From Burkholderiales bacterium (GTDB taxonomy: Bacteria; Pseudomonadota; Gammaproteobacteria; Burkholderiales; SG8-41), in NCBI GenBank assembly GCA_035259205.1, contig DATFWO010000234.1:3947-67946 (forward strand): 64,000 nt of DNA. Direction: 5' to 3'. The notes beneath the pieces are model-generated. The model saw nothing but the letters and a program-made list of their open reading frames with translations. It made no database searches and was not told the DNA's origin. Position numbers and translations under genes: made by a program. This document shows positions 27,421 to 36,671 of the stretch, piece by piece. Position 1 is the stretch's first letter. Each line of letters begins with the position of its first letter.

Positions 27421-28410
27421 ATGCCGAGCACCCCACTGCGATTGAAGATGGCCATTTCCTCCCAGGGCCATACTGCCGCGCTCAAGGATGGCAGCGTCCC
27501 GATCGATGGAATCGAGCCCGAGTTCATCGAAGTCAACCCGCAGATCGCGGCCTACCGCCGCATGGTGCGGGACGTCGAATTCGACGTTTGCGACATCGCG
27601 CCCTCGACTTACATGATCGCCCGCGAGCACGGCGCGCCGTTCAAGGCCTTGCCGATTTTCGTCACTCGCAATTTCCACCACTCCGGGTTCGTCTACCGGC
27701 AGGACGCGGGCATCGGCAAGCCCAAGGATCTCGAGGGCAAGAACGCAGGCGTGCGCGCCTATTCGGTGACCACCGGCGTCTGGGGTCGCGGCATCCTCCA
27801 GAACGAGTATGGCATCGATATTTCGAAGATCACCTGGTGGGTGGACGACGAGGAGCACGTGACGACGCTCAAGCTGCCGCCATTCGTCAAGCACGTTCCC
27901 GAAGGCAAGTCGCTCGTCAGCATGATGGCCTCGGGCGAGCTGCAGGCCGGCTTCACCGGGAACGCCGGTCTCGGTCGCACGGGCGCGCCCAAGGAAGGCT
28001 GGGCCGCCGGGGCCGCGAAACCCGCAGAAACGAACTACGTCGAGTTCTTCAAGGATTCGAGGAAGCTCGAAGCCGAATGGCACCGCCGGACAGGGATCTA
28101 TCCGTTCCACGGGACGATCGTCGTCAAGGACTCGGTGTTGAAGGAGCACCCGTGGGTCGCAAGGTCGCTCTACAAGGCGTTCGCCGCGGCGAAAGAACCC
28201 TACGTCAGGCAGCTTCCATCCCCCGACAAGGCCGCGGGCAAGGACAAGCAGCTTGCCGAGCTTGCGACGATCGTCGGCGATCCGCTGCCCTACGGCATTC
28301 AGAAGAACCGCGCCTCGATCGAGGCGCTGATCAAGTACGTCCACCAGCAGGGCATGTTGAAGCGGAGCTATAGCGTCGGCGAGTTCTTCGTGGACCCCGA
28401 AGCAGCCTGA
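27421..28410 (+). CDS. 4,5-dihydroxyphthalate decarboxylase-like (PhtD/NMT1-type periplasmic-binding-fold) protein
   Basis: Met25 of ORF 27349..28410. The pattern FDVCDIAPSTYMIA...FKALPIFVTRNFHHSGFVYRQDAGIGKPKDLEGKNAGVRAYSVTTGVWGRGILQNEYGI matches my recollection of PhtD. Confidence 0.7.
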   Translation: MPSTPLRLKMAISSQGHTAALKDGSVPIDGIEPEFIEVNPQIAAYRRMVRDVEFDVCDIAPSTYMIAREHGAPFKALPIFVTRNFHHSGFVYRQDAGIGKPKDLEGKNAGVRAYSVTTGVWGRGILQNEYGIDISKITWWVDDEEHVTTLKLPPFVKHVPEGKSLVSMMASGELQAGFTGNAGLGRTGAPKEGWAAGAAKPAETNYVEFFKDSRKLEAEWHRRTGIYPFHGTIVVKDSVLKEHPWVARSLYKAFAAAKEPYVRQLPSPDKAAGKDKQLAELATIVGDPLPYGIQKNRASIEALIKYVHQQGMLKRSYSVGEFFVDPEAA

Positions 28411-28465
28411 TTAGAACCTATAGGTTCTGGTCCGACTCATTTAATCACTCAACCGGAAAACCAAC

Positions 28466-29320
28466 ATGGCTTCCAGGATCATCGACATCCACCCGCACAT
28501 CATTTCCAAGAACGAGAAAAAGTATCCGATTACGCCGCTCGGCGGGAAGCGCTCGGTGTGGTCCAGCGAGCGCCCGATCGATTTCGAAAACCTCGTCGCG
28601 TCGATGAACGAAGCGGGCGTGGACAAGGCGGCGATCGTCCACTCCTCCACGACATATGGCTACGACAATTCGTACATGGTCGATTCGATCGCCACCCAGC
28701 CCAAGCGCTTCACGGGCGTGGGCTCCGTGGATTTCGCTGCGCCCGACGCTTCGGAAAAGATCCGCTATTGGCACGGCAAGGGCGTGACGGGGCTGCGCAT
28801 CTTCAGCGCCGGCAGCACCTTCGAGAAGCAGGCCGACACGCTCGACGACCCGAAAACGTTCAAGGCGTGGGAAACGTGCGCGGAGCTCAAGATTCCCGTC
28901 GTGACGCAGCTGCGTCGCGAGGGGCTCTACATGCTCTTCACGCTCATAAAGAAATTCCCCAACGTGAAGATCATCGTCGATCACCTGATGCACGCACCGC
29001 GGGGCGACGAGCCCCCCTATGCGCGCGCGGCGTTCCTGTTCGAGCTTTCGAAGTACCCGAACGTATACTTCAAGCTCTCGACCAACAACGTGCGCCACAC
29101 GCAGGGCACTGCGGCTACGCCCGAGACCTTCTTCCCGAAGCTCGTGCAGGAGATTCCCGCTAACCGCATCGCCTGGGGCTCGAACTACCCGGCCTCCAAG
29201 GGCACGCTGCCGGAGATGGTGAAGGAAGCGAAGGCGGCGCTCTCGAGCCTCAAGCAGAGCGACCAGGACTGGATCTTCGCGAAGACCGCGCAATCGCTCT
29301 ATCCCGCTCTCGCCGACTGA
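28466..29320 (+). CDS. amidohydrolase_2 (ACMSD-like metal-dependent hydrolase/decarboxylase) family protein
   Basis: IIDIHPHII N-terminal metal motif, IIVDHLMH, and WGSNYP motifs. 284 aa. Confidence 0.8.
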   Translation: MASRIIDIHPHIISKNEKKYPITPLGGKRSVWSSERPIDFENLVASMNEAGVDKAAIVHSSTTYGYDNSYMVDSIATQPKRFTGVGSVDFAAPDASEKIRYWHGKGVTGLRIFSAGSTFEKQADTLDDPKTFKAWETCAELKIPVVTQLRREGLYMLFTLIKKFPNVKIIVDHLMHAPRGDEPPYARAAFLFELSKYPNVYFKLSTNNVRHTQGTAATPETFFPKLVQEIPANRIAWGSNYPASKGTLPEMVKEAKAALSSLKQSDQDWIFAKTAQSLYPALAD

Positions 29321-29339
29321 TACGCAGAGCTTCAACGCG

Positions 29340-29373
29340 ATGGACGCGAAGGTCCAACAATGGACGCAAAGGT
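29340..29373 (+). repeat. two direct 14-nt repeats (ATGGACGCGAAGGT / ATGGACGCAAAGGT) with 20-nt periodicity
   Basis: Read directly in the 133-nt gap upstream of the second PhtD-like gene. A second short direct repeat (CATTGCG x2) lies at about 29410. Confidence 0.35.
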
Positions 29374-29453
29374 GAGCATGAATCCGACCCTTCGCGACCT
29401 TGGCCGGTCCATTGCGCCCATTGCGTCATAGCTTTTTGACAGGAGATCAAATC

Positions 29454-30353
29454 ATGAGCACGACCCAGGAAGCACTGAAACTCAACGTGATGGTTGGCGA
29501 CTACCCGAACACTGTGGCGCTGACGCAGGGCAAGATAACGAGCGACCGCCTGCAACTCGGCTTCGCCGAAGCCAAAGTCCCGCATGACAACTTCAAACGC
29601 GTGGTGAAGGGCGAGTTTGACGTCGCGGAGCTTGCGATCATGACCTACCTGCAGGCGGTGGGCTGGGGCCGGCCGCTCGTGGCGCTGCCCGTGGTGCTGC
29701 ACGGGCGGTTCCAGCATGCGCAGATCGCTTACAACGCGGACCGCGGCGTGCTCTCGCCCAAGGACCTCCACGGCCGGCGCGTCGGCGTGCGCACCTATCC
29801 GCAGACGACCCCGACCTGGGTCCGCGGCATCCTGCAGAACGATTACGACGTAGACCTCTCGAAGATCAATTTCGTGACTTTCAGCGACGGCCACGTGCCC
29901 GAATACCAAGACCCGCCCAACTGCCAGCGCTCGACCTCGGGCAAGAAGCTGCTGCAGATGCTGCTCGATGGCGACGTGGACGCCGCTGTACTATCCGGGG
30001 ACGATCTCAAGCATCCCAAGGTGAAGGGGCTCATCCCGGACCCGGCCGCCGCCGGCAAGGCTTGGCATGCCAAGTACGGCGCACTGATGGTCAATCACAT
30101 CATGGTGGTGAAGTCCGATCTATCGAAGTCGGACCCCGACGCGGTGCGGGAGATCTACCGTCTGCTCAAGGAAAGCCGCAAGGCCTCCACCGAACCGGCG
30201 CCCAAGGACGGCATCGACAAGCGTCCGATCGGCTACGCAGTAAACAAGCGCAACTTCGAGGTCGCAGCACAGTACGCCTGGAGGCAACGACTCATGCCGC
30301 GCGAGCTCAAGCTCGAGGACCTGTTCGACGCGACGACGCGGGCGCTCGACTGA
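29454..30353 (+). CDS. 4,5-dihydroxyphthalate decarboxylase-like (PhtD/NMT1-type) protein, second paralog
   Basis: Met19 of ORF 29400..30353. FDVAELAIMTYLQA..LVALPVVLHGRFQHAQIAYNADRGVLSPKDLHGRRVGVRTYPQTTPTWVRGILQNDYDV parallels the 27421 gene. Confidence 0.7.
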   Translation: MSTTQEALKLNVMVGDYPNTVALTQGKITSDRLQLGFAEAKVPHDNFKRVVKGEFDVAELAIMTYLQAVGWGRPLVALPVVLHGRFQHAQIAYNADRGVLSPKDLHGRRVGVRTYPQTTPTWVRGILQNDYDVDLSKINFVTFSDGHVPEYQDPPNCQRSTSGKKLLQMLLDGDVDAAVLSGDDLKHPKVKGLIPDPAAAGKAWHAKYGALMVNHIMVVKSDLSKSDPDAVREIYRLLKESRKASTEPAPKDGIDKRPIGYAVNKRNFEVAAQYAWRQRLMPRELKLEDLFDATTRALD

Positions 30354-30366
30354 GAGGACCAATACG

Positions 30367-31392
30367 ATGATCATCGACTGCCACGGGCACTACACTACCG
30401 CCCCCAAGCCGCTGCGGGACTGGCGCCAGCGCCAGACCGACGCGCTCAAGGATTCGGCGCTCACGCCCAAGGCTCCGCCCGTCATCAGCGACGACGAAAT
30501 CCGCGAGAGCCTGGAGGGCGCCCAGTTGAAATCCATGCGCGACCGCGGCGTGGATGTCACGATTTTTTCCCCGATCGCGGGCCAGATGGGCCACCATATA
30601 GGGAGCCGCGCCACGAGCGAGGCCTGGTCGGCGATCTGCAACGAGCTGATCCACCGCGTGTGCCGGCTGTATCCCGACAAGTTCATCGGAGTCTGCCAGT
30701 TGCCGCAGTCGCCCGGCGTGCCGCCGGCCAATTGCATCCCCGAGCTGGAGCGCTGCGTCAGGGAGTACGGCTTCATCGGCTGCAACCTGAACCCGGATCC
30801 GCCGGGCGGCTACTGGACCGATCCTCCCCTCACCGACAAGTGGTGGTATCCGCTCTACGACAAGATGGTGGAGTTGGATGTCCCCGCGATGGTGCACGTG
30901 AGCGGCTCGTGCAACCCGAACTTTCACCACACGGGCGCCCACTACATCAACGGCGACACGACCGCGTTCATGCAGTTCGTGCAGTCCGACCTGTTCAAGG
31001 ATTTCCCGACCCTGAAATTCATCATTCCCCATGGCGGCGGTGCGGTGCCGTACCACTGGGGCCGCTATCAGGGGCTCGCGCAGGACATGAAGCGCCCGCC
31101 GCTGGAGGAGCTCCTGCTCGGCAACGTGTTCTTCGACACCTGCGTCTATCATCGCCCGGGCATCGAGCTGCTGCTCAAGGTGATACCCGCAGACAACATC
31201 CTCTTCGCGCAGGAGATCTACGGCGCGGTGAAAGGCGTGAATCCGAAGACCGGATTCAACTACGACGACACCAAGCGCTACATCGACTCGATCGAGTGGC
31301 TGGAGAAAGCTGATCGCGAGAAGATCTTTCACGGCAACGTGCGCCGCGTGTACGGGCTCTACGGTGCGTGCAAGGCGGTATGCGCCGCATGA
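30367..31392 (+). CDS. ligJ: amidohydrolase_2 protein resembling LigJ-type 4-oxalomesaconate hydratase
   Basis: 341 aa. MIIDCHGHYT, FIGCNLNPDP, YPLYDKMVELDVPAMVHVSGSCNP, FIIPHGGGAVPYHWGR, NVFFDTCVYH, and DDTKRYID agree closely with my recollection of Sphingobium LigJ. Needs an alignment to confirm. Confidence 0.7.
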   Translation: MIIDCHGHYTTAPKPLRDWRQRQTDALKDSALTPKAPPVISDDEIRESLEGAQLKSMRDRGVDVTIFSPIAGQMGHHIGSRATSEAWSAICNELIHRVCRLYPDKFIGVCQLPQSPGVPPANCIPELERCVREYGFIGCNLNPDPPGGYWTDPPLTDKWWYPLYDKMVELDVPAMVHVSGSCNPNFHHTGAHYINGDTTAFMQFVQSDLFKDFPTLKFIIPHGGGAVPYHWGRYQGLAQDMKRPPLEELLLGNVFFDTCVYHRPGIELLLKVIPADNILFAQEIYGAVKGVNPKTGFNYDDTKRYIDSIEWLEKADREKIFHGNVRRVYGLYGACKAVCAA

Positions 31393-31404
31393 GGGGCGGA
31401 ATCG

Positions 31405-32358
31405 GTGACGGCCGCATGGCCTGCAATCGCACTGGTTCTCGCGCTGTTCGCCGGGGCGGCATGCGCGCAGCCGTATCCGGTGAAGCCCTTGCGTATCGTT
31501 GCGTCGGAGGCAGGGGGCGGCGGTGATTTCGTGGCGCGCGTCCTCGCGCAGGGCCTTACGGCCGCTTTCGGGCAGCAGGTCGTGGTCGAAAACCGGGGCG
31601 GGGGCGTCGTGGCCGGCGATCTCGTGGCGCGCTCGGCGCCTGACGGCTACACGCTCCTGCTCTACGGCAACACGCTATGGCTGCTGCCGTTGATGCGCGC
31701 CCAGGTGCCGTACGATCCCGCGCGGGACTTTGTTCCCGTCTCGCTCGTCACGCGCGCCCCGACCGTCCTGGTTGTTCACGCGTCGCTGCCGGCGAGAAGC
31801 GTCAAGGAGCTGATCGCGCTTGCGCGCGCGCGCCCGGGGCAGCTCAACTACGCGTCCGCGGCGACCGGTACGAGCAACCATCTCGCCGCCGAGCTATTCA
31901 AATACATGGCGAAGGTGGACATCGTGCGAGTATCGTATCGCGGCATGGCATCTGCGCTCACCGCGGTCATGAGCGGCCAGGTTCACATGATGTTCACGCT
32001 TGGGGCGGGGGCCACGGCGCAGATTCAGTCGGGGCGGCTGCGGGCGCTTGCGGTCACCTCGCTCGAGCCGTCACCGCTCTTCCCCGGCCTGCCCACTGTC
32101 GCCAGTGCCGGACTCCCAGGATTCGAGGTGCTCTCGTTTTTCGGCTTGTTCGCGCCAACCGGGACTTCGCCTGCCATCGTGGCGCGGCTGAGCCAGGAAA
32201 CCACGCGCGTTCTGACGGCGCGCGAAGCGCGGGAGCGCCTCACGAGCGTGGGCGTCGAAACGATTGGCAGCCCGCCCGAAGCGCTGGCGGCCGCGATCAA
32301 GGACGAAATTGCCCGGATGCAGAAAGTCATCCAGGGCGCGGGTATAAGGGACGAATGA
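31405..32358 (+). CDS. Bug family TTT substrate-binding protein
   Basis: GTG start, signal peptide. YPVKPLRIV, ENRGGGV, APDGYTLLLYGN, and NYASAATGTSNHLAAELF motifs. Confidence 0.85.
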   Translation: MTAAWPAIALVLALFAGAACAQPYPVKPLRIVASEAGGGGDFVARVLAQGLTAAFGQQVVVENRGGGVVAGDLVARSAPDGYTLLLYGNTLWLLPLMRAQVPYDPARDFVPVSLVTRAPTVLVVHASLPARSVKELIALARARPGQLNYASAATGTSNHLAAELFKYMAKVDIVRVSYRGMASALTAVMSGQVHMMFTLGAGATAQIQSGRLRALAVTSLEPSPLFPGLPTVASAGLPGFEVLSFFGLFAPTGTSPAIVARLSQETTRVLTAREARERLTSVGVETIGSPPEALAAAIKDEIARMQKVIQGAGIRDE

Positions 32359-32383
32359 GGGGACGAATGAGGGGAGACGCCGC

Positions 32384-33358
32384 ATGACGCTGCTCATTAC
32401 CGAGGACGACGTCAAGAAGCTGCCGCTCTCGATCGAAGCCGCCATCCCTATCATGGAGGAGACGTTCCGGATGCTCGCGGATAGCTCGGTGGGCAATGGG
32501 CCGCGCCTGCGCATGCCCTTTAATAACGGCTTCATGCAGTTCGCGCCCGGCGCGCTGCACGGAAAGCAGGTGGCCGGCTTCAAGCTGTGGGCCAACTTCG
32601 GCCGCGGGACCGGTGTGCACAGGGGCAGCCCCGGTTACGACTACATCTACAGCATGGAGACGGGCGAACTCCTCGCGATCGTCCATGCCTACCTGATCGG
32701 GAAATACAGAACGGGCGCCCAGTCCGCGGTTGCCGCGAAGTACCTGTCGCCGCCCGACGCGAGTTCGATCGGCCTCTACAGCGCAGGCCGCATCGCCGAA
32801 GGTCAGCTCGAAGCAGTCTGCCGCGTGCGCCCGATCAGGAGAGTGCGCGTCTACAACCGTACGCCGAAAGACCGCGTCGCTTTCTGCGAGCGCATGTCGC
32901 AGCGCCTCGGCGTGGAGGTGATCCCCGCCAACGCGCCCGACGAGGTACCGTGTGACGCCGACATCGTCATCACCGCGAGCACCTCGGAAGTGCCTATACT
33001 CTTCGGCGACTGGATCGCGCGCCCGTGCCTCATTATCGCCGCCGGAGCGAACCATTGGTACAAGCGCGAGATCGACGAGAAAGTCGTAACGCGTGCCGAC
33101 CTCGTCGTGGTCGATGAGAAGGAGCATGCAAGGGCCGAGAGCGGCAACCTGCTTTACGCGATCGCGAAGGGACTGCTTACCTGGAACCGCGTCGAGGAGC
33201 TGGGCGACGTCGTGAACGGGCGCGTGAAGCCGCCGGACCTGAAGCAGTCGACGATACTGTTCGGCTCGCACGGGCTTGCGGTCACGGACGTTGCAATGGC
33301 AGCCAGGACCTACGAACTGGCGCGCGCGCAAGGCGTGGGCACCGAAATTCGGTTGTAG
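32384..33358 (+). CDS. ornithine cyclodeaminase/mu-crystallin family protein, second paralog
   Basis: 324 aa. LIGKYRTGAQSAVAAKYL and IGLYSAGRIAEGQL motifs. Confidence 0.85.
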   Translation: MTLLITEDDVKKLPLSIEAAIPIMEETFRMLADSSVGNGPRLRMPFNNGFMQFAPGALHGKQVAGFKLWANFGRGTGVHRGSPGYDYIYSMETGELLAIVHAYLIGKYRTGAQSAVAAKYLSPPDASSIGLYSAGRIAEGQLEAVCRVRPIRRVRVYNRTPKDRVAFCERMSQRLGVEVIPANAPDEVPCDADIVITASTSEVPILFGDWIARPCLIIAAGANHWYKREIDEKVVTRADLVVVDEKEHARAESGNLLYAIAKGLLTWNRVEELGDVVNGRVKPPDLKQSTILFGSHGLAVTDVAMAARTYELARAQGVGTEIRL

Positions 33359-33496
33359 TGCGCAGATTGGTCGCGGAAACACACGGAAAATTCTCCATAG
33401 TTCTCAGGCAATGAGCGGTTTGTGCTCTTGTCCAGGTAATTCTGTGTGATTCCGTGGCTGTGTCGATTTTGGAGAGCTTCTAGCGAGGAGTAACTC

Positions 33497-34387
33497 ATGG
33501 CAGAGATCCAGCGTTTGAACGGCGCCATTCGTGCCTTGGAACAGGGGCAACCGGCATTCGTGACGTTCTCCGCGCCCGAAATCGGCGCCGCCCAGTCGAT
33601 CGGAGCGGCGCCGTATGACGGCGTAGTGTTCGAGATGGAGCACAACCCCTACGACATCACGCAGCTGCGCCACTGCCTGCAGTACATGCTCGACCGCAAG
33701 CAGATCGTGCAATCCGGCAGCATCGCCCCGGCCGTGACGCCACTCGTGCGCATCCCTCCGAACGGCGGCGAGATGAGCCAGTGGATCGCCAAGCAGGTGC
33801 TCGACATCGGCATCTACGGCGTGGTCTGGCCGCACGTGAGCACGGTGGAAGAAGCGCGCAACGCGGTCGTGGCCTGCCGCTACCCGCGTCCCGAGGGTGT
33901 CCCCCACTTCCAGCCGCCGGGCATGCGCGGCGACGCGCCAGCGCGGGCCGCGAAATATTGGGGCCTGACGCAGCAGGAGTACTACAAGCGCGCGGACACG
34001 TGGCCGCTCAATCCCGCCGGCGAAGTCCTCGTCATCATCATGTGCGAGGAGGTGCGCGCGATACGTAATCTGCCGAAGATGCTCGAGCAGGTGCCCGGCA
34101 TCGGGGTCGTCCTGGTCGGCGAAGGCGACCTCTCGCAGGACCTGGGCTTTCCCCGGCAGTACGAGCATCCCACGGTTGCCTCGGCGATCGACGACATCCT
34201 CGCCATCTGCAAGCAATACAAGGTGCCGTGCGGGCACCCGCACGTGAGCACCAAGAACGTGGACGAGTTGCTCGCGAAGGGATTTCGCTGGCTCATGCCC
34301 GCGCCCACGCAGTCTTTCGGTGCCCTCGAGCGGGGACTCAAGGGCTGCGGCCGGGAGTTCAAGAGTGCGGGCGGCGGCGCTCATTGA
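33497..34387 (+). CDS. HpcH/HpaI aldolase/citrate lyase family protein
   Basis: GVVFEMEHNPY, PLVRIP, GVVWPHVSTVEEARNAV, and VLVGEGDLSQDLG motifs. Confidence 0.8.
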   Translation: MAEIQRLNGAIRALEQGQPAFVTFSAPEIGAAQSIGAAPYDGVVFEMEHNPYDITQLRHCLQYMLDRKQIVQSGSIAPAVTPLVRIPPNGGEMSQWIAKQVLDIGIYGVVWPHVSTVEEARNAVVACRYPRPEGVPHFQPPGMRGDAPARAAKYWGLTQQEYYKRADTWPLNPAGEVLVIIMCEEVRAIRNLPKMLEQVPGIGVVLVGEGDLSQDLGFPRQYEHPTVASAIDDILAICKQYKVPCGHPHVSTKNVDELLAKGFRWLMPAPTQSFGALERGLKGCGREFKSAGGGAH

Positions 34388-34402
34388 CGTGTTGCCGGAC
34401 GC

Positions 34403-35359
34403 ATGAAGGCCTTCGCCCTCAATCTCGCGGCAACCGTGCTGTTCGCGATAGCGGCGTCCGCGACCGCGCAGGAGTATCCGTCCAAGCCGATACGCATCGT
34501 CGCATCGGAGCCCGGGGGCGGGGGCGATTTCCTCGCGCGCCTCATCGGGCAAGGGCTCACGGCGAATCTGGGGCAGCCGGTAGTGGTCGAGAATCGTGGC
34601 GGCGGCGTGATCGCGGGCGATCTTGTCGCGCGGTCGGCCCCCGACGGCTACACCGTGCTGCTCTACGGCAACACGCTCTGGCTGTTGCCGCTGATGCGCA
34701 GTCGCATCCCTTACGATCCTTTCCGCGACTTCCTGCCGGTCACGCTCGTCGCGCGCGCGGTGAACGTCCTCGTGGTACATCCGGCGGTGCCGGCGCGCAC
34801 CGTGAAGGAATTGATCGCGGTCGCGCGCGCCCGTCCCGGCGAGCTCAACTACGCGTCGGCCGCACCGGGCACGAGCAATCATCTTGCCGCGGAATTGTTC
34901 AAATACATGGCGAAGGTGAACATCGTCCGGGTGGGCTTTCGAGGGTCCACTTCTGCGCTCACCTCGGTCATGAGCGGGCAAACGCATCTCATGTTCGCGA
35001 CTGCCGCCGGCGTCACGCCGCACCTCAAGTCCGAGAAGGTGAGGGCGCTCGCCGTGAGTTCGCGCGAGCCCTCGCCGCTGTTTCCCGGCTTGCCCACGGT
35101 GGCCGCCTCGGGTGTGCCCGGATTCGAAACGGTCTCCATGCACGGGGTCTTCGTTCCGGCCCGAACGCCGCCGCCCATCGTGGCGCGGCTCAACCAGGAG
35201 ATTGCCCGCGTGCTGCACCGCCCCGATCTGAAAAGCCGGTTCGATACTGCCGGAGTCGAGCCGGTCGGCAACTCGCCCGAGGCGTTTGCCGCGGTGATGA
35301 AGGACGAGGTTACGCGCATGGAAAAAGTCATCCGCAGCGCAGGCATCCGGGAGGAATAG
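34403..35359 (+). CDS. Bug family TTT substrate-binding protein (close paralog of 31405..32358)
   Basis: Signal peptide. By eye about 65-70% identical to the 31405 gene over the full length (e.g. GGGGDF.AR...QGLTA..GQ.VVVENRGGGV.AGDLVARSAPDGYT.LLYGNTLWLLPLMR). Confidence 0.85.
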   Translation: MKAFALNLAATVLFAIAASATAQEYPSKPIRIVASEPGGGGDFLARLIGQGLTANLGQPVVVENRGGGVIAGDLVARSAPDGYTVLLYGNTLWLLPLMRSRIPYDPFRDFLPVTLVARAVNVLVVHPAVPARTVKELIAVARARPGELNYASAAPGTSNHLAAELFKYMAKVNIVRVGFRGSTSALTSVMSGQTHLMFATAAGVTPHLKSEKVRALAVSSREPSPLFPGLPTVAASGVPGFETVSMHGVFVPARTPPPIVARLNQEIARVLHRPDLKSRFDTAGVEPVGNSPEAFAAVMKDEVTRMEKVIRSAGIREE

Positions 35360-35480
35360 GCGCCGATCCATAGCCACAGGGCGCGAGCCATGTCCGGCGA
35401 AGGCCGTGAGTGCGCCGCAGCGCCGGGCGCGCCACGGCTCGCGGTATCGTGAAGCCGGTGCGGCTCCGACGGAGGACGAT

Positions 35481-36218
35481 ATGGAAACAGGGTTGAAAGG
35501 AAGAACGGCCCTCGTGACGGGAGCGAGCCGCAACATGGGACGCCTTGCGGCGCTGGCTTTTGCGCGGGAAGGCGCCAACCTGGCGATCTGCACGAGCCGC
35601 GCGATGGCCGATCTCAATCAGGTCGCCGCGGAGGCGCGCGCGCTCGGCGTCAAAGTCGTCGCCGAACAATGCGACATCACAGAGGATGCCGCCGTCGGTG
35701 GCTTCGTGGCGCGCGTGCGCGCAGAGCTGGGCAGAGTCGACGTGGCGGTGAACCTGGCCGGGTATCGCGCCGAGCGTCCCTTGCTCGAGGAAACGCCCGA
35801 AGCATGGGAACGCAACATCGGAGTTAACCTGAGCGGGCCGTTTCACGTCTGCCGGCACGTTCTGCCCCTCATGACGGAGCGGCGCTGGGGTCGCATCATC
35901 AATACTTCCGGGGTGGCGCCCTACCTGGGCGCGGGCGCCGCCAAGGCGATGGTGAAGCTCGGCATCGTCGGCTTCACGCGTGGACTCGCAGCCGAGTTCG
36001 GAAAGTACAACATCACCGCCAACTGCTTCGGTCCCGGACAGATCGAGCGGCCCCCCGATCCGGCGGTCACGGAAAAACCCATGCGCGCCGGACAGGCGCT
36101 CCAGCGCAAAGGAACCCCGGAGGAGGCGATATCGCTCGTCATTTACCTGGCGAGCGAGGCTGCCGGGTTCATCACGGGCCAGTGCTACCTCGTGAACGGC
36201 GGCGCCTATTTCCAGTAA
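35481..36218 (+). CDS. SDR family oxidoreductase
   Basis: Met26 of ORF 35406..36218. TGASRNMGR, NLAG, and a YxxxK-like AAKAMVK context. 245 aa. Confidence 0.8.
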   Translation: METGLKGRTALVTGASRNMGRLAALAFAREGANLAICTSRAMADLNQVAAEARALGVKVVAEQCDITEDAAVGGFVARVRAELGRVDVAVNLAGYRAERPLLEETPEAWERNIGVNLSGPFHVCRHVLPLMTERRWGRIINTSGVAPYLGAGAAKAMVKLGIVGFTRGLAAEFGKYNITANCFGPGQIERPPDPAVTEKPMRAGQALQRKGTPEEAISLVIYLASEAAGFITGQCYLVNGGAYFQ

Positions 36219-36360
36219 CCCTCATCGGGTGGCCGAGGTTCTGGACCAGCAATCGTTCGGTTACAAGTCGTTACGCGCCGAATCTTCCCTGATTGCGTCT
36301 CGGCCTTATACTCTCGAGTGTGATGGCCGACTATCCAATTGGAACTTCATGGAGAACACG

Positions 36361-36663
36361 ATGAGGATGGGGATCATGAGCTTAGCCAGGTTTTGCATCG
36401 TTGCGGCATTCTCGTTTGGTGCATCCGGCGCTCAGGCGACCGGATTCGCGACTTGCGACTCGGGACCGCGCGAGGGCTGGCAGCCGGAAGACAAGCTTGC
36501 CACCGTGCTGAAAGAGAAAGGCTGGCAAGTGCGGCGCATCAAGGAAGACGGCGGCTGCTACGAGGTGTATGCGATCGACGAAAAGGGCGAGCGGCAGGAG
36601 GCGTATTTCCACCCGCGCACGCTCGCGCCCGTGCCGCACGGCGCGAAGGGGCATAAAGGCTAG
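36361..36663 (+). CDS. PepSY domain-containing secreted protein
   Basis: Signal peptide (MRMGIMSLARFCIVAAFSFGASGAQA) plus ..KGWQVRRIKEDGGCYEVYAIDEKGERQEAYFHPRT. Typical partner of the downstream cytochrome b. Confidence 0.7.
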   Translation: MRMGIMSLARFCIVAAFSFGASGAQATGFATCDSGPREGWQPEDKLATVLKEKGWQVRRIKEDGGCYEVYAIDEKGERQEAYFHPRTLAPVPHGAKGHKG

Positions 36664-36671
36664 CGGCAGCC

